A DNA stretch of 64,000 bases from Camelus ferus (GCF_009834535.1 NC_045697.1:89654001-89718000); one strand, 5' to 3'; shown: positions 1 to 15,519, numbered from the stretch's first letter. Numbers and translations are program-made. Notes: generated from the sequence alone by a model not told the origin.

Positions 1-1624
1 TTTTTTTTTTTAATGTATTTGCTTCTATGTGGTAAGATCTATCAGTGCAGTCTTTACTGAATTTAACTATAATTACCTGAAACAAATAATATTTAGAGAA
101 TAGGTATGTCCTGATCCTGATGTCCTGATGGATGGATGGACATGCTTATGACTGTTTAGAAACAGAGAAACCAATCTGCTCCCTCTGATTCTCTTCCTCT
201 CTCATGCGTGTGTCTGTGTTCTGTAGAAACATGCAATCTAATAAATACCATGTAAAGGGGGAGTTTTAACAAAAGAAGGAAGGTCTCCACTTTAAAGGAG
301 TTTATTAAAGGGCCAAACTTTCAAAGATCTGTGCGGAAAGAGTAAGTTGCACCTGCTGCTGAAATGGTGAAGCAAAATACAGCTCACAAAATCAGACGGA
401 CTTTATGCTGAAGTCAATCCAGGTGATAAACTTCTGTAAACAACATTTGTAGAACTAACAACAAAAAAGCACTAACAACAAGCAGAAACAATGAAAGTAG
501 AATGCATTACTCCCTTGCTGGTCAGAAGGTATCAAAATGAATTCATATTTCATTTGACTCTGACTCTCATACAATGAATCTTTAAGAGAGCCTTTGTAAT
601 AAATTTTGAGTCTATCTTTAAAAAACAAACAAACTAAAAATAAACCAGTAAACAAAATGCTATCTCAGTTATTGTTTTTAGCTGTTAAAAATAGAAACAT
701 ATAAAACTTATTTCCAACAAAACTGCTTCTTAAATTGATGCTTTGGTTGAAAATTTTTCAGAGCAAAAAGGACCAGGTGCTTATATGATAATGTTTCTAC
801 TTATTATGAACACACACATACACAGACACACACACAAAAAAAAGTAGAGAAAGAGGTTGACTGGAGAGAAACGAGACCAAGAAATATTAAACTTTTGTTA
901 ATAACTCCAGATACTTTGCCAAGTGTAATTTAACCATTTTTCCCCCAGATGATGACAGAATATAATATTCCCTGAGCCATTCTTTCATTTCTTTTAATAT
1001 TGATCATTCTGTAGTATTCTAGGTGTAGTTGTTCAGCTATTTATAAATACCAAAAACTATTTTCCTAATTAATTATTTTTCCCTAAAATTTTTTTTGTTT
1101 AAAAATGTGATTTATTGTTGCTAGTTTTTTTTTTTTCCCTTCTCTGGGCTTCTGCAAAGAAGAAGGAAATTAGAATAATGTAAATATCCTCTAACTAGAG
1201 ATTAGAAAAGTCTTTCTTCAAGATTGCAAGCATTTTCTTTATGGGCTTCTTTCAATGTCAGCATTTTCTGATTTATTTTTCTTAATGTGAAACTAATTAA
1301 AAAATCCATCTCAACTTAAAAAAATAGATAATATGCAATTCAGAATTATTGTAAATTAGCTATTAAAAGTATTTGAACTTCCCATGTATTTTATCATTGA
1401 AAGAAAAACAGAACACATAAAGAAAAAAAAAAAGCAGGAAAAAAATTGTAGAACAACAGAACAGGTCCTGGGATTACTAGAAGGTAACATTTGAGGAAAT
1501 AATGATTTCCAGACAGAAGAGTAGCCTATAGCCATTTGAGGAAGAGAAAGGAAAGAAAAAGTATTTGTACCATCTGGCTGTATGCACAAAAATATCAAGA
1601 ATTGTGTCATGTTAGATGCTATGC

Positions 1625-2165
1625 TTGTTAGCTATGGTTATACAACAAACAAATGACTCCAAAATTTAGAGACTTGAAACAATGAAAATGATTTGATTTT
1701 CACTCATGGTTTCTGCATGAAGGGCTTGGCTGGTGTCTCTGGCTCAGGGTCTCTCACATGGTAGCTGTCAGATGGAGGCTGGGCTGGAGATAGTGGAGGG
1801 GGATGCGGAGTGGGATGCGGAGGAATTGGAGCCTGTGCGGCCCTCTCTCCCCTTCTGTCCTCTGAGAGCTTCTTCATGTAGTCTCTCTGTGGGGGCTTGT
1901 TTGGACTTTTTCACATCATAGCCCACTGGGCCATCAGGGTCGCATGGCAACTCAAGGCTTCAGTGCAAGAGTGCTGGTGAACAGTGTGGCAGCTGGGTGC
2001 CTTGTATGATCTGCCCAAGAAATCACTTAGCATCACTCCCACTGTACTCCGTAGTGGAATAGGTCACAAAACCCTGCCTAGTTCTGAATGTCGCCCTCAC
2101 GGTGTAAGAAGAGCAGGTAAGATGGCAGATTTCACTGAGGTTATCTTGGGAAAATACAACTCTAC
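1625..2165 (-). mobile_element. MaLR LTR (MLT1 family)
   Basis: Matches remembered MLT1 reverse-strand motifs: ...caaaatttagagacttgaaacaa..., ggctcagggtctctca, ...atcttgggaaaatacaactctac. Confidence 0.75.
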
Positions 2166-3427
2166 GAAGAATGTATTAATTTTATGTTTTATTAAAACTG
2201 ATGCCAATTTATAATATATTTTATTCAGCTCTAAAAATAATCCAAGAAGAAAAGAAAAACTAATTTAAGCAGAAGAAAAAATATGTCATAGAACCATCAA
2301 CTTGTCATAATGGACTTTATATTTTTAAAAATCAAGAATACAAAGAAATTCTCTAGGCAGCACACTAGGTCAGTGTACTCTGACCAGAGCTCCAAATTTT
2401 CATTTGATGTTCTTCCTTCAACAGTTATGCTGACTGTTGGTTGTTGAAGAAACTGTACTTTATAGCTGCAGGACAACTTTTTGCACACACATTCATTCAG
2501 TCATCTCTACTTCCTTCTAAGATAAGTAACGCTGTCAGTGTTTATGAAATAAGAAAAAGGGTCTGACAATTTCCCTTTCCAGTAAAGAAACAGAATGCCT
2601 CAGGCTAGAGCTTGTGGTACACAACAATATCTCTATAAACTTTTATATTTCTTTCCTTTTCACTGTATTTATTTTTAGCTGTATTAGTGGGTGATGATGT
2701 TAGTCTTCTGTTTGCTAATAAAATGTACATTAAAATCTTCAGGCCTCAAACAACTCACCTTAAAGGAAGTTAAGGAAGATAATAAGTAAATGACAGCTAA
2801 CGTGGTAGGTACGTGCATGAAACGTGGAGGTGGAGCAGCTGCCTGGCTGAAGTTCAGGACACCATGCTGCCTGACACACAGGGTGAAGGGGGAGACGACT
2901 ATTAGAAAGGAGTCTTATAACAAAGCATTTCCAAACATGCACAGTTTTTTGTCAAATAACATTTTACAGTTTTACTTAAACCTCAGTCCTAGATTCTTAA
3001 ACTTCTGGTAAGTGTTGGCCATTATCTTCCCTCCTTAGCAATGGCAAATGCAACATCTGCCTGCAGCCAGGAGACAGATGGACATGAGTGAAATCTTTTT
3101 AGACCTGTGTAATCACAGTGAATGGCAGTGTCCAGAAGGAATGCCAGGAAACAGAGAAAGTCAAGTACCATGCTTACACTTCTCTCATTTGGCAAGCTCC
3201 TGAAAGTCAGAGACCATCACCAATTTGGCAGTCATGGAATTGGGATTAAAAAACAAGGGGTGGGGGGGACAGGAGAAAAATGAAAATAAAAGAAAAATGT
3301 AGACTGTTCCTAGGATTGATCCCTATTCTATAAAACAACATTAATAATAATATTAATGATACATTAAAAAAGACAAATAAACAAGTAATTCCTATCACCT
3401 TCTTGCCAAGGAGGCAGTTGATTTTAA

Positions 3428-3664
3428 GGAAGGGATAAATTTGGGAGTTTGAGATTTGCAAATGTTAACCACTACATATAAAAATAGATAGATAAACAAA
3501 TTTCTCCTGTATAGCACAGGGAACTATATTTAGTATCTTGTAATAACCTTTAATGAAAAAGAATATGAAAACAAATACATGTTTATATATGCATGACTGG
3601 GACATTAGGCTGTACACCAGAAACTGACACACTGTAACTGACTATACTTCAATTAAAAAAAAAA
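3428..3664 (+). mobile_element. L1 3' end, young lineage-specific
   Basis: gtatagcacagggaactatat...gcatgactgggacatt...ctatacttcaatt followed by poly(A). Confidence 0.9.
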
Positions 3665-6392
3665 GAGTTGGCTTTCCCTTCATGTATTAATTACTTTCAC
3701 AAAACAATTGTTTATTATATTAATTTTAGGAAGTGTCAAAGATTATAGTATTATATGTCTAAATCATCATATTTAAGAATTGACATACACATTAGTTTTC
3801 ATTGTAAAGTGGTTAACTGAAATCTCTAAATTTCATAATAGTGAACACCAATTTTGTGTGTTCACAACCACAAAATGCCCTAAGTTTCCACAATCACCAC
3901 TATTGTATAGGTGATCCACTATTCTCAGAAACCCTCATATTTAGAATACAGAAAGTATTACCTGATTGAAAGCAAGGTCAGATGGGGGACTTACTGAAAT
4001 TTTTTATCCTGTTACATAAACACTGGGTATTAAATCTGATGTAAATTATTACAATTCCACTTTTAAAATAACAACAATTACAAAATACCTAAGGGTGAGA
4101 AGTATATGTACTACCTACATAGAGGGCAAAAATTAGTTCAGGGAAATTTATGGATAGTTCTAAGTAAAAGTTCTTCACTATTTGAGTGCGCATGGAGCAT
4201 ATGTATACTCTACCACAACTCACTCCCATGGCAGAAAACATATGTCAATACATCTAAAGTAAAGGATTTAAAATATTCTAAAAATATGTACAAGATATAC
4301 TTCATAAATTTCACAGGGAGCATTTGTAGCGTAACTTCCCACTGTAAATCCCACAATGTTTACAAGTTATCATTGTAAGACAGTCTTTAATATACAGTAT
4401 ATAGGTGGTCAATAAATTATTTTCCTCACCCTTGTAAATGACTTTAAAAAAAAGTCCACCGTCAAAGACCAGATGGCTCAGCAGATTGGCAATTTATGAG
4501 CTAACTTTAATCTCTCACTGGACAAAATGACTGAAGGTCATCGTCATCTGCCATCTGCCATGCGGCATGTGAATAATGAAGTGGTGGGTTTAGTCTTGTT
4601 ACCGTAGACAGGTGCCTACCATAGAAAAGAGGAATTTCATTCCAATTGGAAATAATTTATGTACATCTCCAAAGAAAGACTTGATAAATGGTGAAAGCTA
4701 AATTTCCTGACTAAAGCTGAAAATATCTCCAGGTTAAATTTAATAGAAAGTGAGACACCAATAAAAGTGATTTCTAAACTTTCTATTTCAAAGGAGGATA
4801 TCTATTTCCCCATGTGTTATCATGACATTGAGTCAACATATCTTCAGAGTGAGAAGTTATTATCACCTTTCAGCTTCTAATTTTGTAGAAAATTTTGCAA
4901 AATAATTGTGTATAGGCACTAGATTTATATTTAGAAAACATTAAGTATCAATAATATGCATGGCATGAAATATATTATTTTAAATTAAAAATTTTGTTTC
5001 TAAATATATATGTGTCAAAGTTACTGAGATTAACTATATGATTTTGACTACATGATTTTTTAACTACATGATTAAGAGAGAGAAGAAAAAATGCATGCTC
5101 GAGAGAGTAAGTGTAAAAGATAAAGAGGGAGAGAGATTTGGCAGAAAAAAAACTTTATAAGCATAATCTTCTTACCTAAACTTGAAAAACCCAAATATTT
5201 AAATATACTTTACAGTAGATGAGCTTTTATGCTATAGTTAAAGACAAGAACCCTAAATATCAATTATGGGAAAGAATTTGGCTAATGTTTGAAAAAAATG
5301 TTGAGTAAAAAATTTGTGGTTAGGATTTCTTTCTTTGTCTGTTATTCATTTTCCCTTGAACCCAGAGTGATTAAAATTTGCATGCATTGAAGCATCTTTG
5401 CTCCATTAACATCTTGCCAAAAGTGGGTTCTGGTAATTCTGGAGAAGATCTTAGAGGAGGCAGAGTCATTGTATGTAAATAACTTTAAACCACAAAGCCT
5501 TGAAATTATTCACTTTTAATCTTTCTGACTATATAATGAGGAAACTCATTAGTATCCTCTAAGCATGTGCTAATCTCCTTTTAACAGACCAATAATAGGG
5601 CACAGAAGTTACACTGTTGACAAGCAAATGAATCTAGCAAAAATTTCATGATATTATTGTATTTTATTTTATTTTTATTTTATTTCTGCAGCTATTTTTA
5701 ATCATATCTCTAAAGATTTTCCACTTGCTGTCATGACATAATTTTTTTTTTAATTAAAACTATTTAAATGTTTAAATGTACTCAGTTTAAAGTAATGCTA
5801 CTCAGACACAGAAAAAAACAATAAGGACATAGGACAATGTTTTAAGATTATGTAGACAGTATACTAATTTGTTTCATTATATACTTTTAAGTTTATATTT
5901 ATATTATTTCATGATCCAAACAATGTGCAATCACAGACTTTAATAAATATATCTTTAATTATGTCAGCCTTTGCCATTTTTAAAAATATATAGCCTTTTT
6001 TTTCCCCTTCAGCTCTAACCTCCTAATCCATTTTCTAGGTCAGGAGGTTCTATTTTAATCCCAGGTGATCTATTAGGTGGTCTAGACTGATGTTGAGTTG
6101 TCTGTAATTAGTCCCTTGTTACTTTTCCACTATTAATCTGATAATCCAGTCTGATAAATTAATGCTTAACTTGTTCTTGCAATCTTAATTCTTAACTTTC
6201 GCCTTAGTAATGGTAAGTTTCCTTATTTAATTCATTGCAATTGAGTTAATGTCTACATTCCCTGATTAATGTCATGGTGCTAAGCATCTGGTATTCCTAT
6301 CTGACAGTTCCTGCTACCTGCTGACACACTTCTCTGATACCAATCAACTCCCTGTCTTGTGGATTTTGAAATATTGCATTTTTTAAAAAAAA

Positions 6393-6592
6393 ATTATTTT
6401 TTATTGAAGTGTAGTTGATTTACAATGTTAGTTTCAGGTGTACAGCAAAGTGATTCAGTTACACATATACATGCATTTTTTTAGATCCTTTTCCATTATA
6501 TGTTATTACAAGAAACTGAATATAGTTCCCTGTGCCGTACAGTAGGTCCTTGTTGTTTATCTATTTTATATATAGTAATATATATCTGTTAA
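6393..6592 (-). mobile_element. L1 3' end
   Basis: tttattgaagtgtagttgatttacaatgttagtttcaggtgtacagcaaagtgattcag...atagttccctgtgc. Confidence 0.9.
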
Positions 6593-8064
6593 CTTTTATG
6601 CAATTTTATGCCCTATCTCTATATTGGTATTGGAACAGTCTTAATATTACTAGTTAGATTTCTAATAGCAGTTATTTTCTTTAGATTACAACTCTACACT
6701 ATTCTTAAAGACACCAACTGTATATAACACTATAATTCAAATCTATGAAAAAAATAGCCATCTTAAAAAAACAAAACAAAACAAAACAGGAAAGTAAGCT
6801 TCAGGAAACCTCCCAATTCTACTCAAACATAACAAAATAGCCAAATTATTTTTGTTTAAATAATAGTCAACATCTTTGAACAAACTTTGTCATAGAATAT
6901 GCAAAGCTGTTTAACATTTTAATTTTCATCTGAAGGACATGTGAGCCAACTTTTATGTATGATGTATCTTGTAGGGATTTTGAGACTAGCATGATTTATG
7001 TTCATAATATTTGGATGTTTTGTATTTTTCTTGGACTTATCTACACATTTGTGCCTGTGCCAGCAAGAAAAAGGAGAAAATAGAATTTGACCCTCATTCT
7101 CAAATGTTTAAAGCTGTAACTGTTCTTGTTCTTTGCTTTCTTGTTGCAGGACAGAATGCCCAGTATCTTTCTCACTGAGGGAACCGCTGCATCTACGACT
7201 TAAACAGCCTCAGTGTAATCTGGAGAGCACAGACCTAACAGCAGCTCCATGGCACAAAGAACATGCTGCCTTTAATGGACAATGGCAAGAAGCTACAAAC
7301 CATTCTTTTGTCTAGACACTCTCTTCCTCTCAAACTTCACAATAAACAAATTCAAGACTTGCAGCTGCACTGGCGTGACATACAGACAAGATGGGTAAAC
7401 AAAATTTGACTTTCTTCCTGTTAGAGTAGGCACAGATATTGAAAAACATGTTTCCAACACTGGATGTACCTCATTTCATCTGCCAGAGGAAAAGTCTGAG
7501 GAACAATGCGCTCATGGCCGTGTGATATGTGGACAGTTGCCAGTCATCTCTACAGCACTCTGTTCTCACCCTCACCCACTCATCACAGACGCAGTCACCG
7601 TTCTATTGCTTTAATTCACCAATATCAAACCAAGAGCCTGCCTAGAATCAACACAGCCTTTATGTTTTCCTGACATCACTCCATTTGGTATGAAAGAATA
7701 AGCAAATTGAATTTGGACAGAATCAAATTCTGCCTAAGCCTCTGCAGAATATTTGAAAGGAAAAAATCTTGACGTATGGCAAACAAAATACTTTATTTAA
7801 ATTTTTCCATTTCATTGTTAACTTAAAGATCTCTACCTATACCTCACAGCAGAATTGCCCACAGTCACTAAACAAAGCTTCTCTGTATCTAGCTGTAAAA
7901 GCACATAGTCATTTCATATGAAAAGTGGTTCTAATTTTGAATGTAAATATTGTAAGTGGAGAGGCCTCGTTTGACATGTACATATCTACATCATAGATGT
8001 TTCTAATAAATAATCTCTAATATTTTGATATTTTAGCTGTAATTTGAATCATCAGATAAATCCA

Positions 8065-8578
8065 TTTGGTCATTCAGACAGATGCTTTTTGTGCCCCATG
8101 TCACGTGCTCTCCGGGCCACCTCTGACTTCAGCTGCAGGCGGGCGATGCTGAACATGCCAAGGGCACCTCATCTCCGGCATGCTCTGTGTTTTCTGCCTC
8201 AGGGCTTTCTCTGAAGATTAAAGCTCACTCAACCCTCCAATGGCTACAACCCAAAACAGGCAATATGGGAGTTACAGTCAGTGCTCAGAGGACAATTTTC
8301 AATTTATGAGAAATGATGGAAGGCAGGAGACAAATGCTCCAGTTTCCATACTTCGGATGGACAATGCAGAAGAACATTTGGTACATTTCTCGGAAGTTTC
8401 TGCAAGTCCAGCACTTGCGTGTTGCATGGAGAGTAACCATGAAAACAGACCATTGATTCACTTTTCCTCATTTTCTGTCTCACTCCCCCTATTCTCTCAC
8501 CTGCTTCCTCTGATGACATTTCAAACAATATTCTAAGTCCTTTTTCAGGCTCTGCATTTGTGAACTGAAACTAGGACA
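8065..8578 (+). mobile_element. ERVL LTR (LTR16-like)
   Basis: ctgcctcagggctttctctgaag...ctgtctcactcccc...tcaggctctgc...aaactaggaca resembles the LTR16 consensus. Confidence 0.65.
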
Positions 8579-11500
8579 GTTACCAGTGGAATTATTATTA
8601 CACAGAACAAAGTGAAATGCACATCTTATAACTATCCTCTTAATGTTATATCAATGAATTTTAATACATATCATTAATGCATATTAACACTTTTAGGGTC
8701 TTGAATTGCCTTTGAGAATCTAACAGAAGGCATGGACCTCCTACAGAGAGAAATGTGATGAGCCCATTTATCAGGAAACCTCAGACACAGGTAGTCTGAA
8801 TTCCATAAAATTCAGATTGAAAAATTCTGCATCAATCATTTTGGTGATTTTAAAATAAAACTTGAGTTGTTTGTTCTTGTCTGCTTCATTTCATGCTGGT
8901 TGGGAAATCCCTGAGAAAAATGTCCAGAACCACAATTTGGCAAATTCAGGTAAAAGGGTGACAGCATGTTGTTCTCTGTGGGAAAGGCCATGAGGACCAT
9001 CTTTTTTTATTTCCCTCTACCCACCATACTTGTCACCTCTTGACAAAGTAAGTGCCTTATAATTATTTCAAAGAGAGGCCAATAAACCATTCCCCAGGGA
9101 TTTCAATGTCTGTCAATGCATAGAAAAGAGAGTTGGTGACAAATGTTGTACCTCCCAAGATCTCAAAACCTCTGAGTCGAAACTTTTTTTTTTTCCCCAA
9201 CTCCTTGGAAGGTTAAGAAAAAGAATAGACTCCGGAACAAGGAGCTTTCTGACCTGTCAAGGTATTATTCTATAAAGAAATTTCACTTCAGCCTTTACTA
9301 ACAATGGACCTGCCCTTCCTGAACTCTGACAACTGCTTGTAGCCAAGAACCACGAACCCTCACGTTATCTTTCTCCTGCTGCCATGTTGTACTGAGAAGG
9401 TAACATTTTTCTAAGAATTTCACTTAGTCCTAGGTAAAGACAAACACTACTTTCTCAGTAATTCTAAAACATGACTCTTATAGCCACAAACCATTTGATG
9501 GATCATCATAATTGAAATTTCAGAAATTAAGACACAGTTAAAGAAAACGTCTATCATTCTCTTCCATGTAGAATTAGACTACAGTTTCTACTATCTCCTC
9601 ATCCCGGGCAGGGGGCAGGGACTGTTATTCTAGACCGAGCTAACCAACACTGGGGACATGAGATACTGAAGAGAGTAGGAATCCTCCAGAGATTCCCCAT
9701 CCATGTGAGTAGGATGGAAGGTGTTCCAAAGGGTGGGGAACATTAACATGGTAGAAAATTACTTTTGAAGGAGGCAAGACCTGAGGTCAAAGAAACAAGG
9801 CTAAGAACCTAGATTTTCATATGAAGCACATTAAAAAGAAATTATCTTCCTATATAATTATTCCCTTTAATTGCATGAGACTCTTGATTGATGTCTCATG
9901 CAGCTATAGAGTCAAATGCAAATTATTATGATGAATAAAGAGACTGAATATTAGAGAGAAGAAGAGTCTGTAAAGAATCACAGGGTTGGACAGAGGGAAG
10001 ATCAGCCTCTGCCACAATCTTCCTTCCTGTGGTCCCCCGGGGAGAAAGCACCATCCTGCACAGGGATGTGGCCGGGGGTTTAGGCAATGGAAAGTACTGA
10101 TGTCCTGCCTACAAGTGACACATTCGTCTATGACTAGAGGACTTCTAACAGATGAAAAATACCTAACTTCACTTTTAATTCTTAACTTGAAAGACACCTG
10201 AGAGAAAATGAACAGTGACTCAAATTCATACTACAGCATGATTAATAAAAAGGTGCTCCCTTTGAAACCCATCAGATTTGAAATCCAAGGTTGGAGTCAA
10301 GGTCTGTGGTGACAGCCTGAGAACAGCAGGCACCTGAAGAGTTATAAATTTGGGGCACCACACGGAATTTTGCTTACAGGTCCCTTGAACATTTTGATTC
10401 TTAGAATTTGAAATTTCATGGATCATTAATAAAGGAGTTTCCATCTTAGGGTTGCTAACCTTTAATTTTTTCAGATCAGGATGTTAAAATCAATCAACAA
10501 ATTATCCAGTCTTTTAGTCAAGTGAAGTCTATACACCCACATATGTATATATACACACGTGTACACACATTTATTTGTATGTGTGTGTTTGTTCATATGA
10601 AGAAACAACAGTCACTAAAACCTAGTCTTTAAAATTTACTTCAAAATAGCACTACGTTATTATTCTCCACTTCCGTCATCTAATGGTTAAAAAAAGGCAT
10701 CACACAACATCATCAGTCCTCAAACTGAAATTTAAGACCTATTGAATGAGCTGAAGTTCTATCTTAAATTAGGAATGCAAATCATCCCCTCTGGCATTTC
10801 AACTCCAAGCCATGTCTGTTGCCCTTCTAAACTGGGACTTCATAAACTGGCTGTTAGGCAATTTGAGACTATTCCAGGGTTTACAACAGCTTGAACGCAA
10901 GACAGGCCCTCCTCACTGAAAGAGAATGGTGATGGTGAACTCACACAGTATTGACGGTTTGAAAATCTAAGTCGAACTTCTCCAAAGTCTTAAAGTCAGC
11001 AGATGAAAAATAACTTAGATGAGTCTGAAATAAGGGACGCATTATATTGCATTTTAAGTTTTTCTTATACAGGAATGAATAAAAATGAGGTGGGAGAAGT
11101 ACAGGTAGATACACACCAAGAACTATTGCCATTTTGAATACCAGCCAAAACTATTTTCCTTACAGATGTTTCTGTAAGAATCTTCTCTAAGCACTCTGTA
11201 ATTTTAAGAAGTACTTGAGTAAATGTTCTGTTTATACTCATCTCTAAAGAGCCCATTTCTCCATGTATATTAGCACTTTTCTCTGATGCTTTCCTTTAGT
11301 TTCATGCCATGTGATTTCTAAAAGAATTAAATCATCTAATAATGAGCTCCATTTCATACATCTATAACTACACTCTCTTCTATGAATAACTAATGGTCCC
11401 TTCTTGCAGCAAATTTAGAACATAAGGAACACTGTTAAGATGAGGTTTCCCATGGTTGTTGTATCCTCTGTACTCCATACATATCGTTTTTAAAGGATTC

Positions 11501-13014
11501 AAATTACTTTGAATAATAGAGGTATTGGCTGTTCATAAAGAACTCAAACACACTTAGAGCTGCTATTTTCAAGTTTATTTTATTATTTTACAGCTCATAT
11601 TTCTTTTTATCCAGGGTAACTAATGCCAAAAATTTCAAAAGCACTTTTGGCAGATATGTAAATAATTTGGAAAGCAAATATCCAATTAATACATTTTGGC
11701 AGATAGCCTTTTGGATCCGCATGAGAAGAGAACATTCTAATATCCCTGACTCGTTTATTGCTAGCAACATCATTCTGCAGGTTTCATTTGAGGGGAGTGT
11801 GACCAGGGAAATCAGACAGTTAACAAAGCCTAAATATTCAGATAACGTCAAAGTGGTTTTCTTTCTTTCAAACCTTCTGCTTCTTTCTAAAAATAAATGA
11901 AATTAACATTTGCTCATTTGTTTTCTCTGAGTACTGTTTTTATTTTCAATCACATATTTCTACAGAAGATAGAAGTTTGTTTTAATTGCTATGATCTCAC
12001 ACCTGAGAGGCAGCCGAGGACAGGGGCCTGATCATTTGTTTGCAGAGCACATTTTTCTCCTCATGAACCTGCTCTTTGGCTTCATAAATCTGTTTAAAGC
12101 AATGAGTGTTAGCTGACTTTGATGTACTCAGGAAAAAAGCAACGTTTAATATTCAGAAGCTGGAACATGGTAACCCAGTCCAACTGTTTCCCCTCGTGGA
12201 AGAACTGATGAGACCTGGAACAATTTCTAAAATGGAAAAACTAAGACTTCACCTTTTCAATGAAAGGATTTAATGCCAAAGCTTAATTTACAAAGCAAGC
12301 TTCCATTATTGAAAATAACTTTTAAAACTCCAGCCTCTATTTTAAAACCCATATAGAACTTCTTTGATAGATGGCTACTTTATAAATTGCAGCTATCATA
12401 ATTCCAAAGTTTGCCCTTTTTTTTGCCTCTCTGTTGCAGGAATAGGTCTTGAATGCTATATACAGATGCTGCTTTCCATTATTATCAGAATTAATTATTT
12501 TGAGTGTTCCTGGCTACCTTTAAGAGGAAGAGTGCGTCAGACGCTGGGACAGAGTAGCGAGACTTTGCAGAAGCCTCCTGTGCTTGTGTCTTCAGCAGAC
12601 CATCAAGTCTGAGCAGCCTTCTGCTCATCTGACTACTTCACTAAGACTACAGAAGCCCTTCTTCATTACACTTTTATACTTCAAGCCATGATGACGGTAC
12701 TTGCAACTCTCCCCTCTAGAAAACACCGTGGTAATGGCATCTTGACTCGTTTCTTCCTAATTCACAACCACATCTAAAAAAATCTGTTGTGCATTTTAGG
12801 TTCTAATGCCTCTTACACTGTAAGCTATTTCCTGAGATGGTGGAAAGGCATACATACACAACCCACCCCCCCATATACACACTTTATATGCATAAAGTGA
12901 GTACATTTTTGTTTTATATAACACTATAGTCACAAGCACCTCATACGTCAAATAACTTCATGGATTCTTTCTTCTGAGGTTGTGATCATTAGTGAGCAAG
13001 GAACATATTTAATT

Positions 13015-14140
13015 ATTCTTCTATTCAACAAATATTGAGGTTCTACTTTGTATCAGTCCCCTTTTTATCAACTTTATTAAAGTCTCATTCACATTCCTTA
13101 AAATCCATCTGTTTTAAGTTTGGGACTAAATTATTTCTAGTGAATTTACAGAGGTGTGCAAAAATCATCACAGTCATTTTCATCCCCTACAACAGCTCAT
13201 CTGTCCATTTGCTATCATTTCTCTTTTCCACCTCTAGCCCTAGGCAAATATCTAGTAAACTCTGTCTCTTTTTTGAACATTTTATATAAATGGAATTGTA
13301 CATCTGGGGTCTTTTTCACCTGCTTTCCCTAAAAGCATAGTTTTTTGAGGTTCAGCATGTGGTCATACGCATCAGTAATGCACTACTTTCTATTGCTTAA
13401 TAGTACTCCACTGTTTGGATATAGCGCATTTTGTTTATATGCATATCAGTTGATTGACATTTGGGTTGGTTCCAGGCTAGGGCTTTCATGAATACTGATG
13501 CTGTGAACATTAATATACATGCCCTTATGTTGACATATGTTTTTATTTCACTTGTGTATATATCTAGGAATGGAATTGCTGGATCATTTATGTTTAACTT
13601 TTTTATAAACTATCAAACTGTTTTCCAAAATCATTGTACCATTTTATGTTCTCACCAGAAATGTATGAGGTTTCCAATTTTACCACATCCCCACCAGCAC
13701 TTGCTTTTGTATATCATCGTGATTACATCCAACCTACATAGTGTGAAGTGGTGTCTCATGATTCTGAAATGCATTTCCCTAAGGACTCATGATATTGAGC
13801 ATCTGTTCATGTGCTTACGGCCTTTCATTTATCTTCCTTAGTGAAATGTCTATTCAAATCTCAGGCACCATTTTATATCAGGGGATACTGTATAGGACAT
13901 AATAAATGCCCCACCCTCATGAAGCTCAAATACTAATAGGGAGAGGGACAATGAACGCAAGTAACTATGTCAAACAGTGTTATGTGATATGTGAAATGCA
14001 ACTCAATATAACAGACACAGGGCGTACCAGATTACGGGTGAATGTGATAGTTCAAGCAACATTTACAAGGAAATTCTCAATGATTAAGAACATAAAGAAA
14101 GTGAGGAAGGGACCCACTTGTATTTATGGTGGATAGATTT
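13015..14140 (-). mobile_element. L2 3' fragment split by an L1 insertion
   Basis: attcaacaaatattgag...|...caggcaccatt...ccctcatgaagctca: L2 tail motifs on both sides of the L1. Confidence 0.65.
13060..13861 (-). mobile_element. Old L1M 3' fragment
   Basis: L1 3'UTR/ORF2-end motifs (ggaatggaattgctggatca, tgatattgagcatctgttcatgtgctta). ORF 13461-13841 is its antisense shadow. Confidence 0.9.
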
Positions 14141-15519
14141 GGTAGCACATTTGCATTAAAACAGGTAATATGATAAAAAATTATTTAATTCAGAGGAGCA
14201 ATGACACTTTCCATCCCCTGCCAAGTATACTGTTATTTAAAGGAGAGCTCAAGTCATTGATAGAAATATTAATGTTGTGCATGAGTTTGGGGCTTTTTTG
14301 GAGTTCTTTTTAGAATCACTTCAAGAAATAATACAGAATAAATTATTATAATATTTATGTAACCTGTATTACATGGTTAATGAAGTGACTGAATTTTCCC
14401 AAGTTAGTGCTCCTGTGTGTGGGTGTTACTTTTTAATTTTGTGTAATGGAAATATGATAGTTTATATTCTGTTTGATAGGAGTTCATTTATTATACTATT
14501 GGAAAGCGATCTCTTCTCACCAAAACAGCTAGAAATGCTCCAGCTATCATGTACCGCACTGTCACAATGAAAGGCATCTCAGATAACACAGGAAGAATGT
14601 AGACACAGAGGTTCTGTTAGATAACATAAGAGCACCTCATTAGCTTTTTTGATGTTTGTTAAAATAAATCAGGTAATTACAATTGCAGGACCAACTAAGG
14701 AAGGTATATTATTCTATGATCAAAGCTCAGACTTAAAATCGTACTTAAGTACATAAGCAAAACATATCCACATAGAGTGAGCAAGAGACAGTAGACATTC
14801 CAACACAACAGAAGCAACGTGGTTCTTACAGAGAAGAGTGAATGCTGGGCCCAGAACAGATTCAACCTCATTATCCCCACCCAATAAGGGTTATCTGCAG
14901 TACTGGCAATTTGGCATTTAATTTCTAAATTTGAATCATCCCTCTTTGACTCGCTAGCTGAGATATTTAGGTTTTTCTGTTTGGTTGATTGATTGTTTTG
15001 TTTGTGTGTTTGTTTTAAATAGGGGAATGCTCATAAAGAAGAAAGAACATTCCCATGACATGAGGACTATGTGGTCACCTGACCTGTGGACAGCCTGACA
15101 TAACGCCTTTGGTGTCAGGAGGCAACATTCAGCATATGCAAACTCTCTGGTTCTTGTTTTCCCTTCCCTTCTCATCCTTCCAGATGGGAATCAATGCCTG
15201 GAAATGCTGCCTGAAACTCTGCTGCTCGCTTGGGACATAACTATCCACAACAGAAGGATCTGGTTGGAATTAGCCATACAGACAAAGCCACTGCCAATGC
15301 AACAGAAACTCTGGAATTACCATTATCCAGATTGAGCATAATATTTCAAGGAGAGGAAGGATGAGAATGGCAGAAACAAAGAAAGAGGATGTGCAGTAAA
15401 TACTTCATTTTTTGATTAGTAATATGGGGACAGGATTGAAGTGGACAAAGGTGGCAGTAAAGCATATCATAGACCAAAAAAATTGGAGGAAAATTCTGAA
15501 ACACACAGGTGTTATACTG

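Noticed and set aside
12415..12612. Strong plus-strand acceptor at 12439
   Set aside because: No matching donor at exon distance; isolated acceptors are common in AT-rich DNA.
13461..13841. 126-aa ORF; likewise 29431-29793, 35658-36047, 44406-45026 and 45557-45853
   Set aside because: All lie within L1 fragments (sense or antisense ORF2 remnants).
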